DNA of 64,000 nt from an uncultured delta proteobacterium (GTDB lineage Bacteria > Desulfobacterota > Binatia > Binatales > Binataceae), in contig CAVXXK010000001.1 in the NCBI GenBank assembly GCA_963765675.1, positions 1,408,001-1,472,000 on the forward strand. The letters are read 5' to 3'. Shown here in pieces: positions 40,076-51,300 of the stretch. The position numbers and the translations under genes are program-made. Under the pieces are notes generated by a model that made no database searches, was not told where the DNA came from, and was given only the letters and a program-made list of their open reading frames with translations. Within the stretch, counting starts at the first letter, position 1. Every line of letters begins with the position of its first letter.

Positions 40076-40885
40076 ATGAAGATCCGATTCCTGGCACTGG
40101 CTATTACGATGAGCTCGATTGTTCTGGGCGCGTCGATTGCGGGCGCGCAGCAGAATCCTGCGCTGATGGCGAAGATCAATCAGACTGCGCCGATTCCCGA
40201 AGCGAAAATTCCTGCTTACATCAAGGCCGCCGTCAACTCTCCCGACCGTCCCGCCGACGACAAGGCGCTCGACGAGGGCCGCAAGCCCGAGCAGATGCTG
40301 GCGTTCTTCGGAATCAAGCCGGGGATGCAGGTCGCGGATATCTGGGCGGCAGGCGGATGGACCACGGAACTTTTGTCGCTGGTGGTCGGACCGAATGGCA
40401 AAGTCTATTCACAAAACATTCCGAAATTTCCCGCCAAGTACCAGAAGATCGCCGATCAATGGCACGCGCGCATTCACGGACTTCCGAACGTGGTCGAAGT
40501 GGCGACACCTTTTGACGCGCCGGAGCTGTTGCCGGTTGCGCCGAACAGCCTCGACGCAGTTCTGATCAACATGAACTATCACGATATGGTCGGGCTCAAG
40601 CTGGATCGCGCGAAAATCAACCAGCAGATCTTCACCGCGCTCAAGCCCGGCGGGGTTTATGGGATCGTCGATCACAGCGCGCAGGCCGGCTCGGGCGATC
40701 GCGACACGACTACGCTGCATCGCATCGACGAAAATTTCGTCATCAACGAGATCGAGAAATCGGGATTCAAGCTGGCGGCGTCGTCGAGTGCGCTGCGTCA
40801 TCCGGAAGACGATCGCACGTGGTTCGTGTTCAAGAAGCGCGGCCAGACTGATCGCTTCATGCTCAAGTTCGTAAAGCCGCGGTGA
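40076..40885 (+). CDS. Exported class I SAM-dependent methyltransferase-like protein
   Basis: Signal peptide, RKPEQMLAFFGIKPGMQVADI..GGW, NYHD, LKPGG and TDRF. Confidence 0.8.
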   Translation: MKIRFLALAITMSSIVLGASIAGAQQNPALMAKINQTAPIPEAKIPAYIKAAVNSPDRPADDKALDEGRKPEQMLAFFGIKPGMQVADIWAAGGWTTELLSLVVGPNGKVYSQNIPKFPAKYQKIADQWHARIHGLPNVVEVATPFDAPELLPVAPNSLDAVLINMNYHDMVGLKLDRAKINQQIFTALKPGGVYGIVDHSAQAGSGDRDTTTLHRIDENFVINEIEKSGFKLAASSSALRHPEDDRTWFVFKKRGQTDRFMLKFVKPR

Positions 40886-40909
40886 CCGTTCGATCGATGG
40901 AGTAGTGCG

Positions 40910-41794
40910 ATGAAGGTTGGACTGTTTTCAATCGGGATCGGGACGGCGGTGCATCCGGAAATAATTCGCGGCGTCGCCTCGAATGCAGAGCGGGTCGGCT
41001 TTTCGACCTTGTGGGTCGGAGAGCACGTGGTGCTGTTCGATCGGCAGGATTCGAAATATCCGTACTCGGCGCAGGGAGATTTTCCGTTGCCCGGCAGCGC
41101 CGATTGGCTCGATCCATTTCTTACGCTGACCTTTGCCGCCGCGGCGACCAGCAAGATCCGGCTCGCGACCGGCATTTGCCTGGTGCCGGAGCACAATCCT
41201 GTCGTGCTGGCGAAGCAGGCGGCTACGCTCGATCGGCTCGCGGGCGGACGTTTCGTGCTGGGAGTCGGGATCGGATGGTCGGCCGAGGAATTTGCGGCGC
41301 TGGGAATTCCATTCGAGCGGCGCGCTCAGCGCACGCGGGAATATATCGCCGCGATGCGCGCGCTGTGGAGCGAAGGCGCCACGACCTATCACGGCGAGTT
41401 CGTCAACTTCGACGCCGCGCAGAGTTTTCCGAAACCCGCGCGCGGAGCGAAGCTGCCGGTGATGTTCGGCGGTGAGAGCGCGCCGGCGTTAAAGCGCGTC
41501 GCGGAATATGGCGACGGATGGTTCGGGTTCAACTGCGATCCGAATGACGCGAAGGAGAAGATCGCGAAGCTGCAATCCCTGATGCGCGAGCGCAGGCGCG
41601 ACCCCCGCGAGATCGAGTACATCGTGTCGCCATACACCAAGAAGATCACCGGCGACGACATGAAACGCTATCGCGACGCGGGCGTGCAGGAGGTCGTGAT
41701 TCTTTCCAATCCGCCGACCGATGTCGCCCGGATTCCGGAATGGGCCGACCGCCTCGCCCGCGACTGGATAGCCCCCGCCCACGCCGCCGGCTAG
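40910..41794 (+). CDS. LLM-class (probably F420-dependent) oxidoreductase
   Basis: GFSTLWVGEHV, LDPF, PVVLAKQAATLD and GVGIGW..EEF. Confidence 0.88.
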   Translation: MKVGLFSIGIGTAVHPEIIRGVASNAERVGFSTLWVGEHVVLFDRQDSKYPYSAQGDFPLPGSADWLDPFLTLTFAAAATSKIRLATGICLVPEHNPVVLAKQAATLDRLAGGRFVLGVGIGWSAEEFAALGIPFERRAQRTREYIAAMRALWSEGATTYHGEFVNFDAAQSFPKPARGAKLPVMFGGESAPALKRVAEYGDGWFGFNCDPNDAKEKIAKLQSLMRERRRDPREIEYIVSPYTKKITGDDMKRYRDAGVQEVVILSNPPTDVARIPEWADRLARDWIAPAHAAG

Positions 41795-41806
41795 CGCCGT
41801 CTGATT

Positions 41807-41954
41807 CCTCGCCCAGTATGGGAGAGGCAAGGTGAGGGTCATTTCTCAGCGGGGCGCGAAGCGACACGCGACTAAAAGAAGGAATCTATGGTCGCGCAGT
41901 AGCGCGACTCAAGATCAGAGGACCCTCACCTGACCTCTCCCTTTCAGGGCGAGG
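41807..41954. repeat. CCCTC-type inverted-repeat pair between convergent genes
   Basis: CCTCGCCC..GGGAGAGG..AGGTGAGGGTC / GACCCTCACCT..CCTCTCCC..GGGCGAGG. Confidence 0.75.
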
Positions 41955-41958
41955 GATC

Positions 41959-42882
41959 TCAGGTGCTGGCGAGGAGTTCTTTTGCTCGCGCTAGGTCTAG
42001 CGCGATCTGATTCCTCAGGGCGTCGGCGGAGGTGAACTTTTTTTCGGGGCGGATTCGCTCGATCAGTTCGAGCTTGATGCGCTGGCCGTAGATGTCGCGA
42101 TTGAAATCGAAGATGTGCGCCTCGATCGAGCGCGCGGTCTCGGCGAACGTCGGGCGCATCCCGATATTCGTGATCGATCCGAACGCGCCGTCGTCCAGAA
42201 TCACCCGGGTCGCGTAGACGCCGTCGGGCGGAAGGCATTCCGTCTCGCTCTCGAGATTCGCGGTGGGAAAACCGATCGTGCGCCCGCGCTCGCGCCCGCG
42301 CACGATCGGGCCATGCAGGAAATGATAGCGGCCGAGGAGCTTGGCGGCGGCGCGAACCTCTCCGCTCGTGATCAACTCGCGCACCTTGGTCGAGCTGACT
42401 TCGATTCCGGCGACTTTCACGGGCCCGACGACCGTCGTATCGAAACCGAACTCGCGCCCCAGCTCGACCATCACGGAGGCATTGCCGGCGCGGTTGTGGC
42501 CGAAGTTCACGCTATGGCCGATCACCACCTCGCGCGCGCCGAACCGCTTAAGGAAGTAGTCGCGCACGAAATCGCGCGCCTCGATCCGGCTTAGCTCGAG
42601 GGTGAAGTTGACCACGATCACGCCGTCGAGGCCCGAGAGCCGGAGCAGCTCGAGCTTGTCTTCGGGCACCAGGATAAGGCGCGGCGCACGGTCGGGAACC
42701 AACAGCTTGGCGGGCAGCGGATCGTAGGTGAGGGCGAAGGCGGTGCCGCCCGCGGCACGCGCGCGGTCGATCGCGGCTTTGAGGATCGCGCGATGGCCCA
42801 GATGGACGCCGTCGAAGTTGCCCGGCGTCACGACTGGGTACGGATGACGCGCCATCGCGTCGAGATCGCGGATTATTTCCAT
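41959..42882 (-). CDS. ribF: Bifunctional riboflavin kinase/FAD synthetase
   Basis: GNFDGVHLGH, VSSTKVR, GRTIGFPTAN, NIGMRPTF and EAHIFD. Confidence 0.95.
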   Translation of the reverse strand: MEIIRDLDAMARHPYPVVTPGNFDGVHLGHRAILKAAIDRARAAGGTAFALTYDPLPAKLLVPDRAPRLILVPEDKLELLRLSGLDGVIVVNFTLELSRIEARDFVRDYFLKRFGAREVVIGHSVNFGHNRAGNASVMVELGREFGFDTTVVGPVKVAGIEVSSTKVRELITSGEVRAAAKLLGRYHFLHGPIVRGRERGRTIGFPTANLESETECLPPDGVYATRVILDDGAFGSITNIGMRPTFAETARSIEAHIFDFNRDIYGQRIKLELIERIRPEKKFTSADALRNQIALDLARAKELLAST

Positions 42883-42922
42883 CGCCGCTACGCGTGAACG
42901 AGCGGATGCGCCCGGGTGCGCG

Positions 42923-43816
42923 TCATTCGCCGACGAGACTCGCCATCACGGTCTTGGCCGCGGCCGCCTGCGGCGTACCGTCGTGATCGGCCATGAGTTT
43001 TTGCAGCGTCAGCCGTGCGTCGATCCGGTCGTTCATCTTGAGGAACGCTTCGCCCTGGCGCAGCAGCGCTTGCGCGGCGAAACGGCCCTTGGGATAGCGC
43101 ATGACCAGATCATTGAATTGCAGTATCGCCTGATCAAATTTGCCGGTTTCGTAGAGCGCGTTGGCGGCGAAGTAATCTGCCGGCTCGACCAGCGGCGATT
43201 TGGGATATTGATGCTGCAGTCGCGTGAAATTTGCGACCGCGAGCGGATATTTCCCGTCCTTCATCGCTCGCAATCCGACCCGATAGATCTTCACGCCGGG
43301 ATCTTTCGAGCTCTCGGCATTCGAGATCTCCTGATCGAGTTCATCGGGCCACGTCGCCGCCGGAAAGGCCGGCTCTGCTGACGCGCCGGGCTCGGTCGCA
43401 CCGGGTGAACTCGGACCGCCGATCGCTTCGCCGGGGGTGGTGCCGAGCGCAGTAGTTCCAGGCTGCGCTGCCATTCCGGCTTGCAGCGCGCTGACTTCGG
43501 ATTCCAGCTTCGCGATACGATCGTTGGCCTGCGAAAGCTGATTGGCTCCGCCCGGAGTGGCGCCGTGCTGAACCTCGGTGACCTGATCTCGCAATTGCTG
43601 AACCTGCTGATTGAGCGCCTGGATCTGTTGGCGATCGCTCGCGATCATACCTCGCAGCGTGAACTGATTCTGGTTGAGCTGCTGCATGTCGTTCTGATTG
43701 GAGCATCCAGCGGCGAGCAGGCACGCGGCGCCGAGCGCGACGGCCAGAGCGACGCGGCCGAGCGCGCGATCGCGCACATGCAGGAAGTCGGGCATATCAA
43801 GTCGAAGCACGCGCAC
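42923..43816 (-). CDS. cpoB: Tol-Pal protein CpoB/YbgF
   Basis: Lipobox AAGC, coiled coil and C-terminal TPR repeats; follows pal. Confidence 0.8.
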   Translation of the reverse strand: MRVLRLDMPDFLHVRDRALGRVALAVALGAACLLAAGCSNQNDMQQLNQNQFTLRGMIASDRQQIQALNQQVQQLRDQVTEVQHGATPGGANQLSQANDRIAKLESEVSALQAGMAAQPGTTALGTTPGEAIGGPSSPGATEPGASAEPAFPAATWPDELDQEISNAESSKDPGVKIYRVGLRAMKDGKYPLAVANFTRLQHQYPKSPLVEPADYFAANALYETGKFDQAILQFNDLVMRYPKGRFAAQALLRQGEAFLKMNDRIDARLTLQKLMADHDGTPQAAAAKTVMASLVGE

Positions 43817-43827
43817 GAGTTTAGCTC

Positions 43828-44346
43828 CTATTGTTGGACGACAAAGTGATCGCGACGGTTCTGCGCCCAGCAGCTTTCGTCATGGTCCTGGCACAGAGGC
43901 AGCTCTTTGCCATAGCTGATCGTCGAGATGCGCTCGGAGGGGACCCCCAGCGTCACCAGGTAGTCTTTGGCCGACTGCGCTCGTTTAGCTCCCAGCGCCA
44001 TGTTGTATTCCTCAGAGCCGCGCTCGTCGCAATGACCTTCAACCTGAACCCGGGTCTGCGGATGCGACTGCAGCCATGAGGCGTTGGCCTTCAGCACCGA
44101 GCCGTCCTGCGGTTCGATATTGTAGGTGTTGTATCCGAAATGAATGTCGCTGAGCGGTCCGCCCGAAGTAGCGCCCAGGGTGCCGTTCTGGAGATTCGTG
44201 AGCGAGCTGGTGCTCCCGCCGGAACCATTTTCGCCGAGGCCAGCGGTGTTGCCGCCCGGAACTTCCTTGGCCTTGGACGAGCATCCCGCCGCGAAGATCA
44301 CGCCCAACACGATGAGCGCGCCCATCTGGAGAGCATTCCTAGTCAC
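43828..44346 (-). CDS. pal: Peptidoglycan-associated lipoprotein (start approximate)
   Basis: AAGC lipobox, EGHCDERGSEEYNMALG..RA, ISYGKE and NRR. Confidence 0.93.
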   Translation of the reverse strand: MTRNALQMGALIVLGVIFAAGCSSKAKEVPGGNTAGLGENGSGGSTSSLTNLQNGTLGATSGGPLSDIHFGYNTYNIEPQDGSVLKANASWLQSHPQTRVQVEGHCDERGSEEYNMALGAKRAQSAKDYLVTLGVPSERISTISYGKELPLCQDHDESCWAQNRRDHFVVQQ

Positions 44347-45670
44347 CCAGCCACCACGACCACGCTGGAGAAGTGTCATTACCTTTTCCCTCCGTCAATG
44401 CAGAAATGATTTTGCCGCCCTGCACCATAAGTAGATAGATCCGCGCGTGTCCGCCGCGAGTCGAGCTGAACGCCAGGTAGCGTCCGTCCGGCGACCATGA
44501 GGGCGATTCGTTGGAGCCGTTACCGTCGGTTACCTGGGTCGGATTTCCGCCCTCCTCGGGAATTACGAAGATATCGAAGCGTCCACCCGAGCGGCTCTGG
44601 TAGGCGATCCTATCTCCCTTTGGCGACCACGCTGGCGTTGTATTGTAGTCGCCCTTAAACGTGATTCGCCGCGCCGCGCCGCCCGCTATCGGCATCACAT
44701 AAATCTGCGGTGTGCCCGAGCGATCCGAAGTGAAGGCCAGCATCGAACCGTCAGGTGAAAACGCGGGGCTCACGTTGATTCCGCTGGTGTGGGTCAGCTC
44801 GCGCAGCTCGGAGCCGTTGCGATCGAGCAGATAAAGATTGGTGCTCCCGCCATGCTCGACCGCGGCCGCGATCTGCTGCCCGTCGGGAGAAATCGCACCG
44901 CCGATTATCATTCCGCGCGGGCTCGTGATCTTTGACTCGACCTTTTCCTTCAGGTCGGCCAGATAGAGCGCAGGCTCCCTGCTCTTGTACGACAGGTAGA
45001 GAAGATAGCGCGCGCTTTTGTCGAACGACGGGAACAGGTTGATGGTCGGATTGTCGGTGCGGCGGAAGAGATTGTCGCCATCGATCGTCTGTGTGTAGAT
45101 TTCCTTGAAGCGGCCGCCGCCGGTCGAGACGAAGGCGAGCTCGGAATCGAACGGGCCTTTCTGCCCGGTCGTCGCCTCGAGGATCGCGTCGGCGAACCGG
45201 CGCGCCATCCGCGGCACGTCGGCAGCAGAGCCGGTAAAATTCTTTCCCATCATGCGGCGCTGCTGCGCGACGTCGTAGAGCAGCGCGGTCAACTGGATGT
45301 TCTGTGCGGTGATCGTCACGGCGCCTTTGACCAGGAAGTCAGCGTTGATCGATCGCCAGTCGGCAAAATTGAATTGCCCCAGCTCGTAGCCCGATTGCTG
45401 CGGATCTTCGACATAGGCGTGCGGCGAAATGACCCTGAAGTATCCCGAAAGCTCGAGGTCGCGCGTCACGATCGCGACGAATGCGCCCGACACCTGATGG
45501 TTGTCGTCGCCGGCGAGACTCTTCAGGCCCGAGACCGCGATCGACGAAAGCTGGGAGCCAGGCCCCACGATATTCATCTTGATCTGCGCGCGGGCCGCCG
45601 TCGCTATGCTGATCGCGGCCGCGAATATCGCAACGGCAAATATCGGGAGCAGTTGTTTCTTCATCGCCAT
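44339..45670 (-). CDS. tolB: TolB
   Basis: Signal peptide, TolB N-domain and PD40 repeats (PAFSPDG, PAWSPKG, PSWSPDG). Confidence 0.92.
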   Translation of the reverse strand: MAMKKQLLPIFAVAIFAAAISIATAARAQIKMNIVGPGSQLSSIAVSGLKSLAGDDNHQVSGAFVAIVTRDLELSGYFRVISPHAYVEDPQQSGYELGQFNFADWRSINADFLVKGAVTITAQNIQLTALLYDVAQQRRMMGKNFTGSAADVPRMARRFADAILEATTGQKGPFDSELAFVSTGGGRFKEIYTQTIDGDNLFRRTDNPTINLFPSFDKSARYLLYLSYKSREPALYLADLKEKVESKITSPRGMIIGGAISPDGQQIAAAVEHGGSTNLYLLDRNGSELRELTHTSGINVSPAFSPDGSMLAFTSDRSGTPQIYVMPIAGGAARRITFKGDYNTTPAWSPKGDRIAYQSRSGGRFDIFVIPEEGGNPTQVTDGNGSNESPSWSPDGRYLAFSSTRGGHARIYLLMVQGGKIISALTEGKGNDTSPAWSWWLGD

Positions 45671-45759
45671 CTGATGGGCGCAAGACAAATCGGGACCATA
45701 CGAGTCCCGCTCCGCACCATCCGCACCTCCATTACCTTACCGATCTAAGCGACCGCGGA

Positions 45760-46812
45760 CTACGACTTCAGATCGCCGAGTCTAAACGTTGCTTCGACCC
45801 CGCCCGCCCACTGAGCGCGGTATTTTTCCGGCGGGGGCGGGAACGGCGCCGCGCGCCGTATAGCACGCAGCACCGAATCGTCGAATGCGGCGTCATTGGA
45901 GCTCTTCGCGATCTTCACTTCGGTCAGCGCGCCGTCGGGACCGATCGCGTAGTCGACTATCGCGGTCAGATCCGAAGACCCGCTGGTAAAATTCCACGCC
46001 TTCTTAATCTTATCCTGCACGGTTGAAAAGTAGAGCAGGAATTCCGGATCCTGCTGGATGCCGAGGCTGCCGGTGCCGGGGCCAACTCCATATCCCGCGC
46101 CTTCGCGCACGCCGCTCGCGGCGACCGGACCGCCTCCGGCGGCGCCGCCGCGGACCGCAGGGGCGGTGTTATCGTCATCATCATCTGCGTCCGAGTTATT
46201 TGCTAAATCGGCCAGATGTTGCTTCATCAATTGCTCGCGAATTTTTTGCATCCGCGCCCTGATGCTTGCCGCCGTATCCGCCTTCGCGACCATCACCGGC
46301 GTCGCGTGGGGCTTCGGTTCGTGTCGGTTGTGCGCTTTCGATTCCGCCGGCGTGGGCTCGGGAGTCGGACGCGGAGTGCGGCGCGCGTGCGGGGTTCGCG
46401 TTGGTGTCGGCGCGGCCTCGCTCTGCTCGGGAGTCGGCTCAGGCGTGTCGGTCGGAGTAGGTTCGAGCTTTTTGGTATTGAGCGCGATCGCGTTCGCGTC
46501 GTTGTCGGGCGCCGGTTTGGGCTCGGGCGGCTTGGCTTCTTCGGGCTTTGGAGGTTCGGATTTTTCTTCATGAGCGGGCTGAGGCGCAGCCAATCGCGGC
46601 AGATGCGTCCCCAAATCTCCGGCCGGGATATTGTCGACAATCTTCACCGTGTAGGCCGGAACCGGCTGATCGACTTCGGCAAAGAGCCTGGGCGCGATGA
46701 AGATCACGAACCCGAACACGGCTGCGTGACCGAGCGCAGCCACCAGGATTGCCGCGATATAGCCGGCGCGCGATGGCCCGTCGTCGCCGCCGTTATGGGG
46801 CGGGCTTGCCAC
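45760..46812 (-). CDS. tolA: TolA/TonB-family protein
   Basis: N-terminal TM with His, Pro-rich linker and C-terminal SS..AFDDSVLRAIRRAAPFPPPP. Confidence 0.8.
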   Translation of the reverse strand: MASPPHNGGDDGPSRAGYIAAILVAALGHAAVFGFVIFIAPRLFAEVDQPVPAYTVKIVDNIPAGDLGTHLPRLAAPQPAHEEKSEPPKPEEAKPPEPKPAPDNDANAIALNTKKLEPTPTDTPEPTPEQSEAAPTPTRTPHARRTPRPTPEPTPAESKAHNRHEPKPHATPVMVAKADTAASIRARMQKIREQLMKQHLADLANNSDADDDDDNTAPAVRGGAAGGGPVAASGVREGAGYGVGPGTGSLGIQQDPEFLLYFSTVQDKIKKAWNFTSGSSDLTAIVDYAIGPDGALTEVKIAKSSNDAAFDDSVLRAIRRAAPFPPPPEKYRAQWAGGVEATFRLGDLKS

Positions 46813-47248
46813 GGTTATGCTTATCCGCCTCCGAATCCGCATCGAGTGGAAGCCCGGTAACCATCCCGACGTTTTCGATTCCCGCGGCCTTGATCGCCGC
46901 CATCGTGCGAATCACTTCGCCGTAGGGCACCTGCTCGTCGGCGCGGATGAAAACCTCGCGGTCTGGACGCTCGCGCGAGATCGCCGCGAGCTTGTCGGTC
47001 AAATCGCTGGGGCTGAGCTTGGTATCGTTGAGATAGATTTCGTTGCCGCGCGTGATCGAGACCACGAACTGCTCTTCCTTGCCCGACAGCGCCTCGGCCT
47101 TGACCTTCGGCAGCGTGACCTGCACGCCCTGCTGGATGATCGGCGCGGTGACCATGAAGATCACCAGCAGCACCAGCATCACGTCCACCAGCGGAGTGAC
47201 GTTGATCTGCGAGACCATCTGCCCGCGCTGCCCTGGATCAAAAGCCAT
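46793..47248 (-). CDS. tolR: TolR
   Basis: INVTPLVDVMLVLLVIFMVTAP and RADEQVPYGEV. Confidence 0.92.
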   Translation of the reverse strand: MAFDPGQRGQMVSQINVTPLVDVMLVLLVIFMVTAPIIQQGVQVTLPKVKAEALSGKEEQFVVSITRGNEIYLNDTKLSPSDLTDKLAAISRERPDREVFIRADEQVPYGEVIRTMAAIKAAGIENVGMVTGLPLDADSEADKHNRGKPAP

Positions 47249-47260
47249 CCTAAAAACCCG

Positions 47261-47974
47261 CTACGACAGGAAGTGACGTTCCGCGATATTCAAAAATTCG
47301 GAGGTGAAGTTTTCCATCTCGGTCGCCAGCACCCGGATTCGTGCGGTGAAGAAGTTGAAAAACATCACGGCCGGAATCGCGGCGACCAGTCCGACCGCAG
47401 TTGCGATCAGCGCCTCGGCGATTCCCGGCGCGACCGCCTGGATACTCGACGAATGCGCCGTCGATAGGCCCATGAACGCGGTGATGATACCGCAGACCGT
47501 GCCGAACAGGCCGATAAACGGCGCGGCTGATCCGGTAGTCGCGAGGAACGTCGTGCCGTATTCGAGCTTGGTCAGCTCGACGTTGGCCTGCCGCTTCATC
47601 GCGCGCGTGACGTTTTCGATTCCGCCGAGATCGGTCGAGAATTCCGACTGCGCACCCACCGCCTGGCGCTTGGCGCGCGTCAGTTGCAGCAGTTCCTGGT
47701 AGCCCGCACGAAAGACTTGCGCGACCGGGCTGCGCGTGAATCCGACGCTGGCGGTATGAATCGCGTTTAAGTTCTTCGATTCCCAGAAAATCGTGATGAA
47801 GCGCTCCGACTCGCGACGCGCCCGCGAAATCTGGACCAGCTTGTACAGGCTGATTCCCCAGCATCCGATCGAAAACCCCACCAGCGTCCACAGCACGGCC
47901 GCGACTACCGGACCCGTGCCCAGCATCAACTGCACCACGCCCAACTGCCCCGCCGCACCTACCTGATGGAGCAT
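47261..47974 (-). CDS. tolQ: TolQ
   Basis: APFIGLFGTV and VAPGIAEALIATAVGL.AAIPAV. Confidence 0.93.
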   Translation of the reverse strand: MLHQVGAAGQLGVVQLMLGTGPVVAAVLWTLVGFSIGCWGISLYKLVQISRARRESERFITIFWESKNLNAIHTASVGFTRSPVAQVFRAGYQELLQLTRAKRQAVGAQSEFSTDLGGIENVTRAMKRQANVELTKLEYGTTFLATTGSAAPFIGLFGTVCGIITAFMGLSTAHSSSIQAVAPGIAEALIATAVGLVAAIPAVMFFNFFTARIRVLATEMENFTSEFLNIAERHFLS

Positions 47975-48300
47975 ACTACCGCCCTAAAACCCAAGATGGA
48001 CTTCATTATATGGGTTTCCCACCGGCCAAAACCAGTAACGCCCGCGCGAGGTCCGCGAGCGAGGAATGACAATCGTCGAGCGCGCACGGAAGCATTGGCT
48101 GGATGTGTGCCTTCGCGAGTCCCGATTTGAGAAAGCTTGGTCCGCGCGATCGCGCGGCGCGCGCGTGGTGTGGCTGTCTGCGGACGGTGAACGCCCGGCG
48201 TTGGTAATCGACGCGCGCGGCGGCATCGTCGTCGCGAAATCCTTGCACGTATCGAAACGGAACAATCTTTGCGGGATCGACCCTTGCACTCGCGTACCGA

Positions 48301-51300
48301 GTGAATATTCGCCCAAATCACTGCCGTATCGGATTCCTTCCGATTTGCCTTTCCCTCGCGATCGTTGCCGTCGCCGTCAGCGCGATCATCGCCGCCACCG
48401 GCGACACGATCGCCGACCGCGTGCTCGGCCAACTCGAATTCACTACAGGCGCGGTCAATCTCGTGGAAGCATCGTCGCTCGATTTCCAGGACGGAGTCAC
48501 CGTCGATGGCGCAGGTCACCTCTATGCCGCCGATCCCAATAACAACCGGGTTCTCGGATGGAACGATGCAGCTGGATTCGCCGACGGCGCTGCCGCCGAT
48601 CTCGAGATCGGGCAGAACGATTTTCTTTCCTCGACCTGCAATCAGGGCGAGAGCGAGCCGAGCGCGACCTCGCTATGTCATCCGAATGGCGTCTCAGCGG
48701 ACGCGGCGGGAAACTTGTACGTGGCTGATACCACCAACAATCGTGTGCTGATGTTCGCCACGCCGTTCGCGGGCTTTAGCGGTACCCAGATTACGGGACT
48801 CTCGACGGCGCTGGTCTTCGGGCAGCCCGACGCGCAATCGAGCCTCGCCAACAATGGCGGAATCAGCGCGGGTTCGCTGAGCGATCCGTGGGGCGTAGCG
48901 CTCGACGCCGTCGGCGATCTCTTTGTTGCCGATAGCCTGAACAATCGCGTGCTGATTTTTACCAATCCGCTCGGCAGCGCTGTCGCCTCGACGGTTATTG
49001 GCCAGAGCGTTTTCGCAACCGCGCTATGCAACCAGAGCGCGAATCCTGACGCGAGCCCCGGCGCGAGCACGCTGTGCGCTCCCGAAGGAATCGCTGTCGA
49101 TTCGGCCGGCAATCTTTACGTTGCCGACGCCGCCAATAATCGCGCGCTCGAATTCGATGCGCCGTTCGTGGACAACGCCGCCGCGCACCTCGTGCTCGGG
49201 CAGGTTACTTTCACCGGCAAGACCGCTAACGCCGGCGGTATCAGCGCTTCGACCCTCAACGCACCTGCCGGCGTGGCTCTGGATTTGGCAGGCAACCTCT
49301 ACGTCGCCGACACCTTCAACAATCGCGTGCTCGAGTACAATCTCCCGCGCTCCAGCGGCGTAACCGCTGCCGCGAACGTTTTCGGCCAGGGCGGATCATT
49401 TGCGACGAGCATATGCGACGGCTCCTCGGGCGTGCTCGCGACCGCGCTCACGCTATGCGGTCCGACCGACGCCGCGCTCGATGCAGCAGGGCGTCTGTAT
49501 GTATCCGATCAATCCAACAGCCGTATAGCCGAGTTCGATACGCCGCTTACTCCCGGCGCCAGTATCAACCGCGTGCTCGGCCAACCCGACGCCACTCATA
49601 ACGGCGTCAACGAAGTGAAGCCGCAGAGCCTGGACTTTCCCCAGGCCGTTGCCGTGGACGCAAGCTCGCATCTGTACGTCGCCGATACCGAGAGCAACCG
49701 CGTCCTCGGATGGCATAGCGCGTCCGCCTTCGCCGACGGCGACCCCGCCGATCTCGTGATCGGCCAGCCCGACTTCGCCTCGCGCGCATGTAATCAGGGA
49801 GCGACCGCGCCGACCGCCGTCAGCCTATGCTTTCCGACCGGCCTTGCGACCGATGGCAGCGGGAATCTTTTCGTCTCCGATACTCAGAATAGCCGCGTGC
49901 TCGCCTTCAGTCCTCCGTTCGCGGCGTTTGTCGGTACTCAGATTATCGATCCGGCCGCTTCGATCGTGCTCGGACAGGGCGCGAGTTTCACTCTCGGCAC
50001 ACAGAATACCGGCGGGATAAGCGCCGGATCGCTCAATCAGCCGCAAGGCGCCACGATCGATCAGGCGGGCAATCTCTACATCGCCGACACGGCCAATAAT
50101 CGCGTGCTCGAATACAATCAGCCGGTTTCCAACGGTGAGTTGGCCAGCCGGGTCATCGGACAGGATTCGACCGGATCGAACTTCACCGCCGTCCTGTGCA
50201 ATAGCGGCGGCCCGGCCAGCGCGACTACCCTGTGCCTGCCCGAAGGCGTGTCCGTGGACCCGAGCAACAACCTCTACGTCGCGGATTCCAACAACAATCG
50301 CGTGCTGGAATACAACTCTCCGCTGACTATTGTCGGCGGTGTCACCGGCAGCGGGGACGTGACCGCCGACGTGGCGTTCGGACAAACCGGCTTCACGGCG
50401 ACCACGGTCAACGCGCCATCGGGAATTCCAGGTGCGAGCTCGCTCGAGTTTCCAGAAGGAGTCGCCGCCGATTCGCTCGGCAACCTCTATGTCGCCGATA
50501 CGTCGAATACCCGCGTGCTGGGCTTTGTCACGCCGCTTCAGAATCCGAACTCGCCTAACACTACAGCGAGTATCGTGTTCGGACAGGATGGCGCGTTCGA
50601 TTTTGCCGACGTGGTATGCAACGGCTTCAGCACGCCGCCCAATTCTCCGAGCGCGAACAATCTTTGCCAGCCCTCGGGGATCTCGGTCGATGCGTCGGGC
50701 AACCTCTATGTAGCCGATACCGATAACAGCCGAGTGCTGGAATTCAACCAACCTCTGCCTTTCACCGGATCGACGCCGACCGCGACACCGTCCGGCACCC
50801 CTACGCCTTCACCCACCGGCACGCCAACGCCGAGCGCAACTCCAACGCCGAGCATCACGCCGACGGCGACTCCAACGGCTACGGGCACGCCAACTCCAAC
50901 AACCACGGCGACTCCGACCGTCACCGCGACACCAACTCCGACTATCACCGCGACTCCGACCTTAACTCCGACCAGCACTCCATCGATGACGGCGACTCCT
51001 ACCGCTACGCCGACGGAGGTTCCGTTCAATCTCACGGTCGCGCCGAAAAAGGTGAATTTCGGCAAGGTCAGACTCGGCGACCGCAAGTCGAAGACCATCA
51101 GGGTCGCGAATAAGGGCAAGCGGGCAGATTCGATCCAGATCGAGACCTTCAGCATCGCGCCCGGGTTCACCGCGAACAACGAATGCGGTGGCACGCTGGC
51201 GCCCAAAGGGCATTGCGACTTCACCGTCACGTTTGCTCCCGTCGCGACCGGCCGCGTAACTGGAACTCTGACGATCGATGACAACGCCAAGAATGGTCCT

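Noticed and set aside
50765-51015. ACx-CCx periodic repeats
   Set aside because: They encode the Pro/Thr linker of the NHL protein; degenerate at DNA level, not a non-coding array
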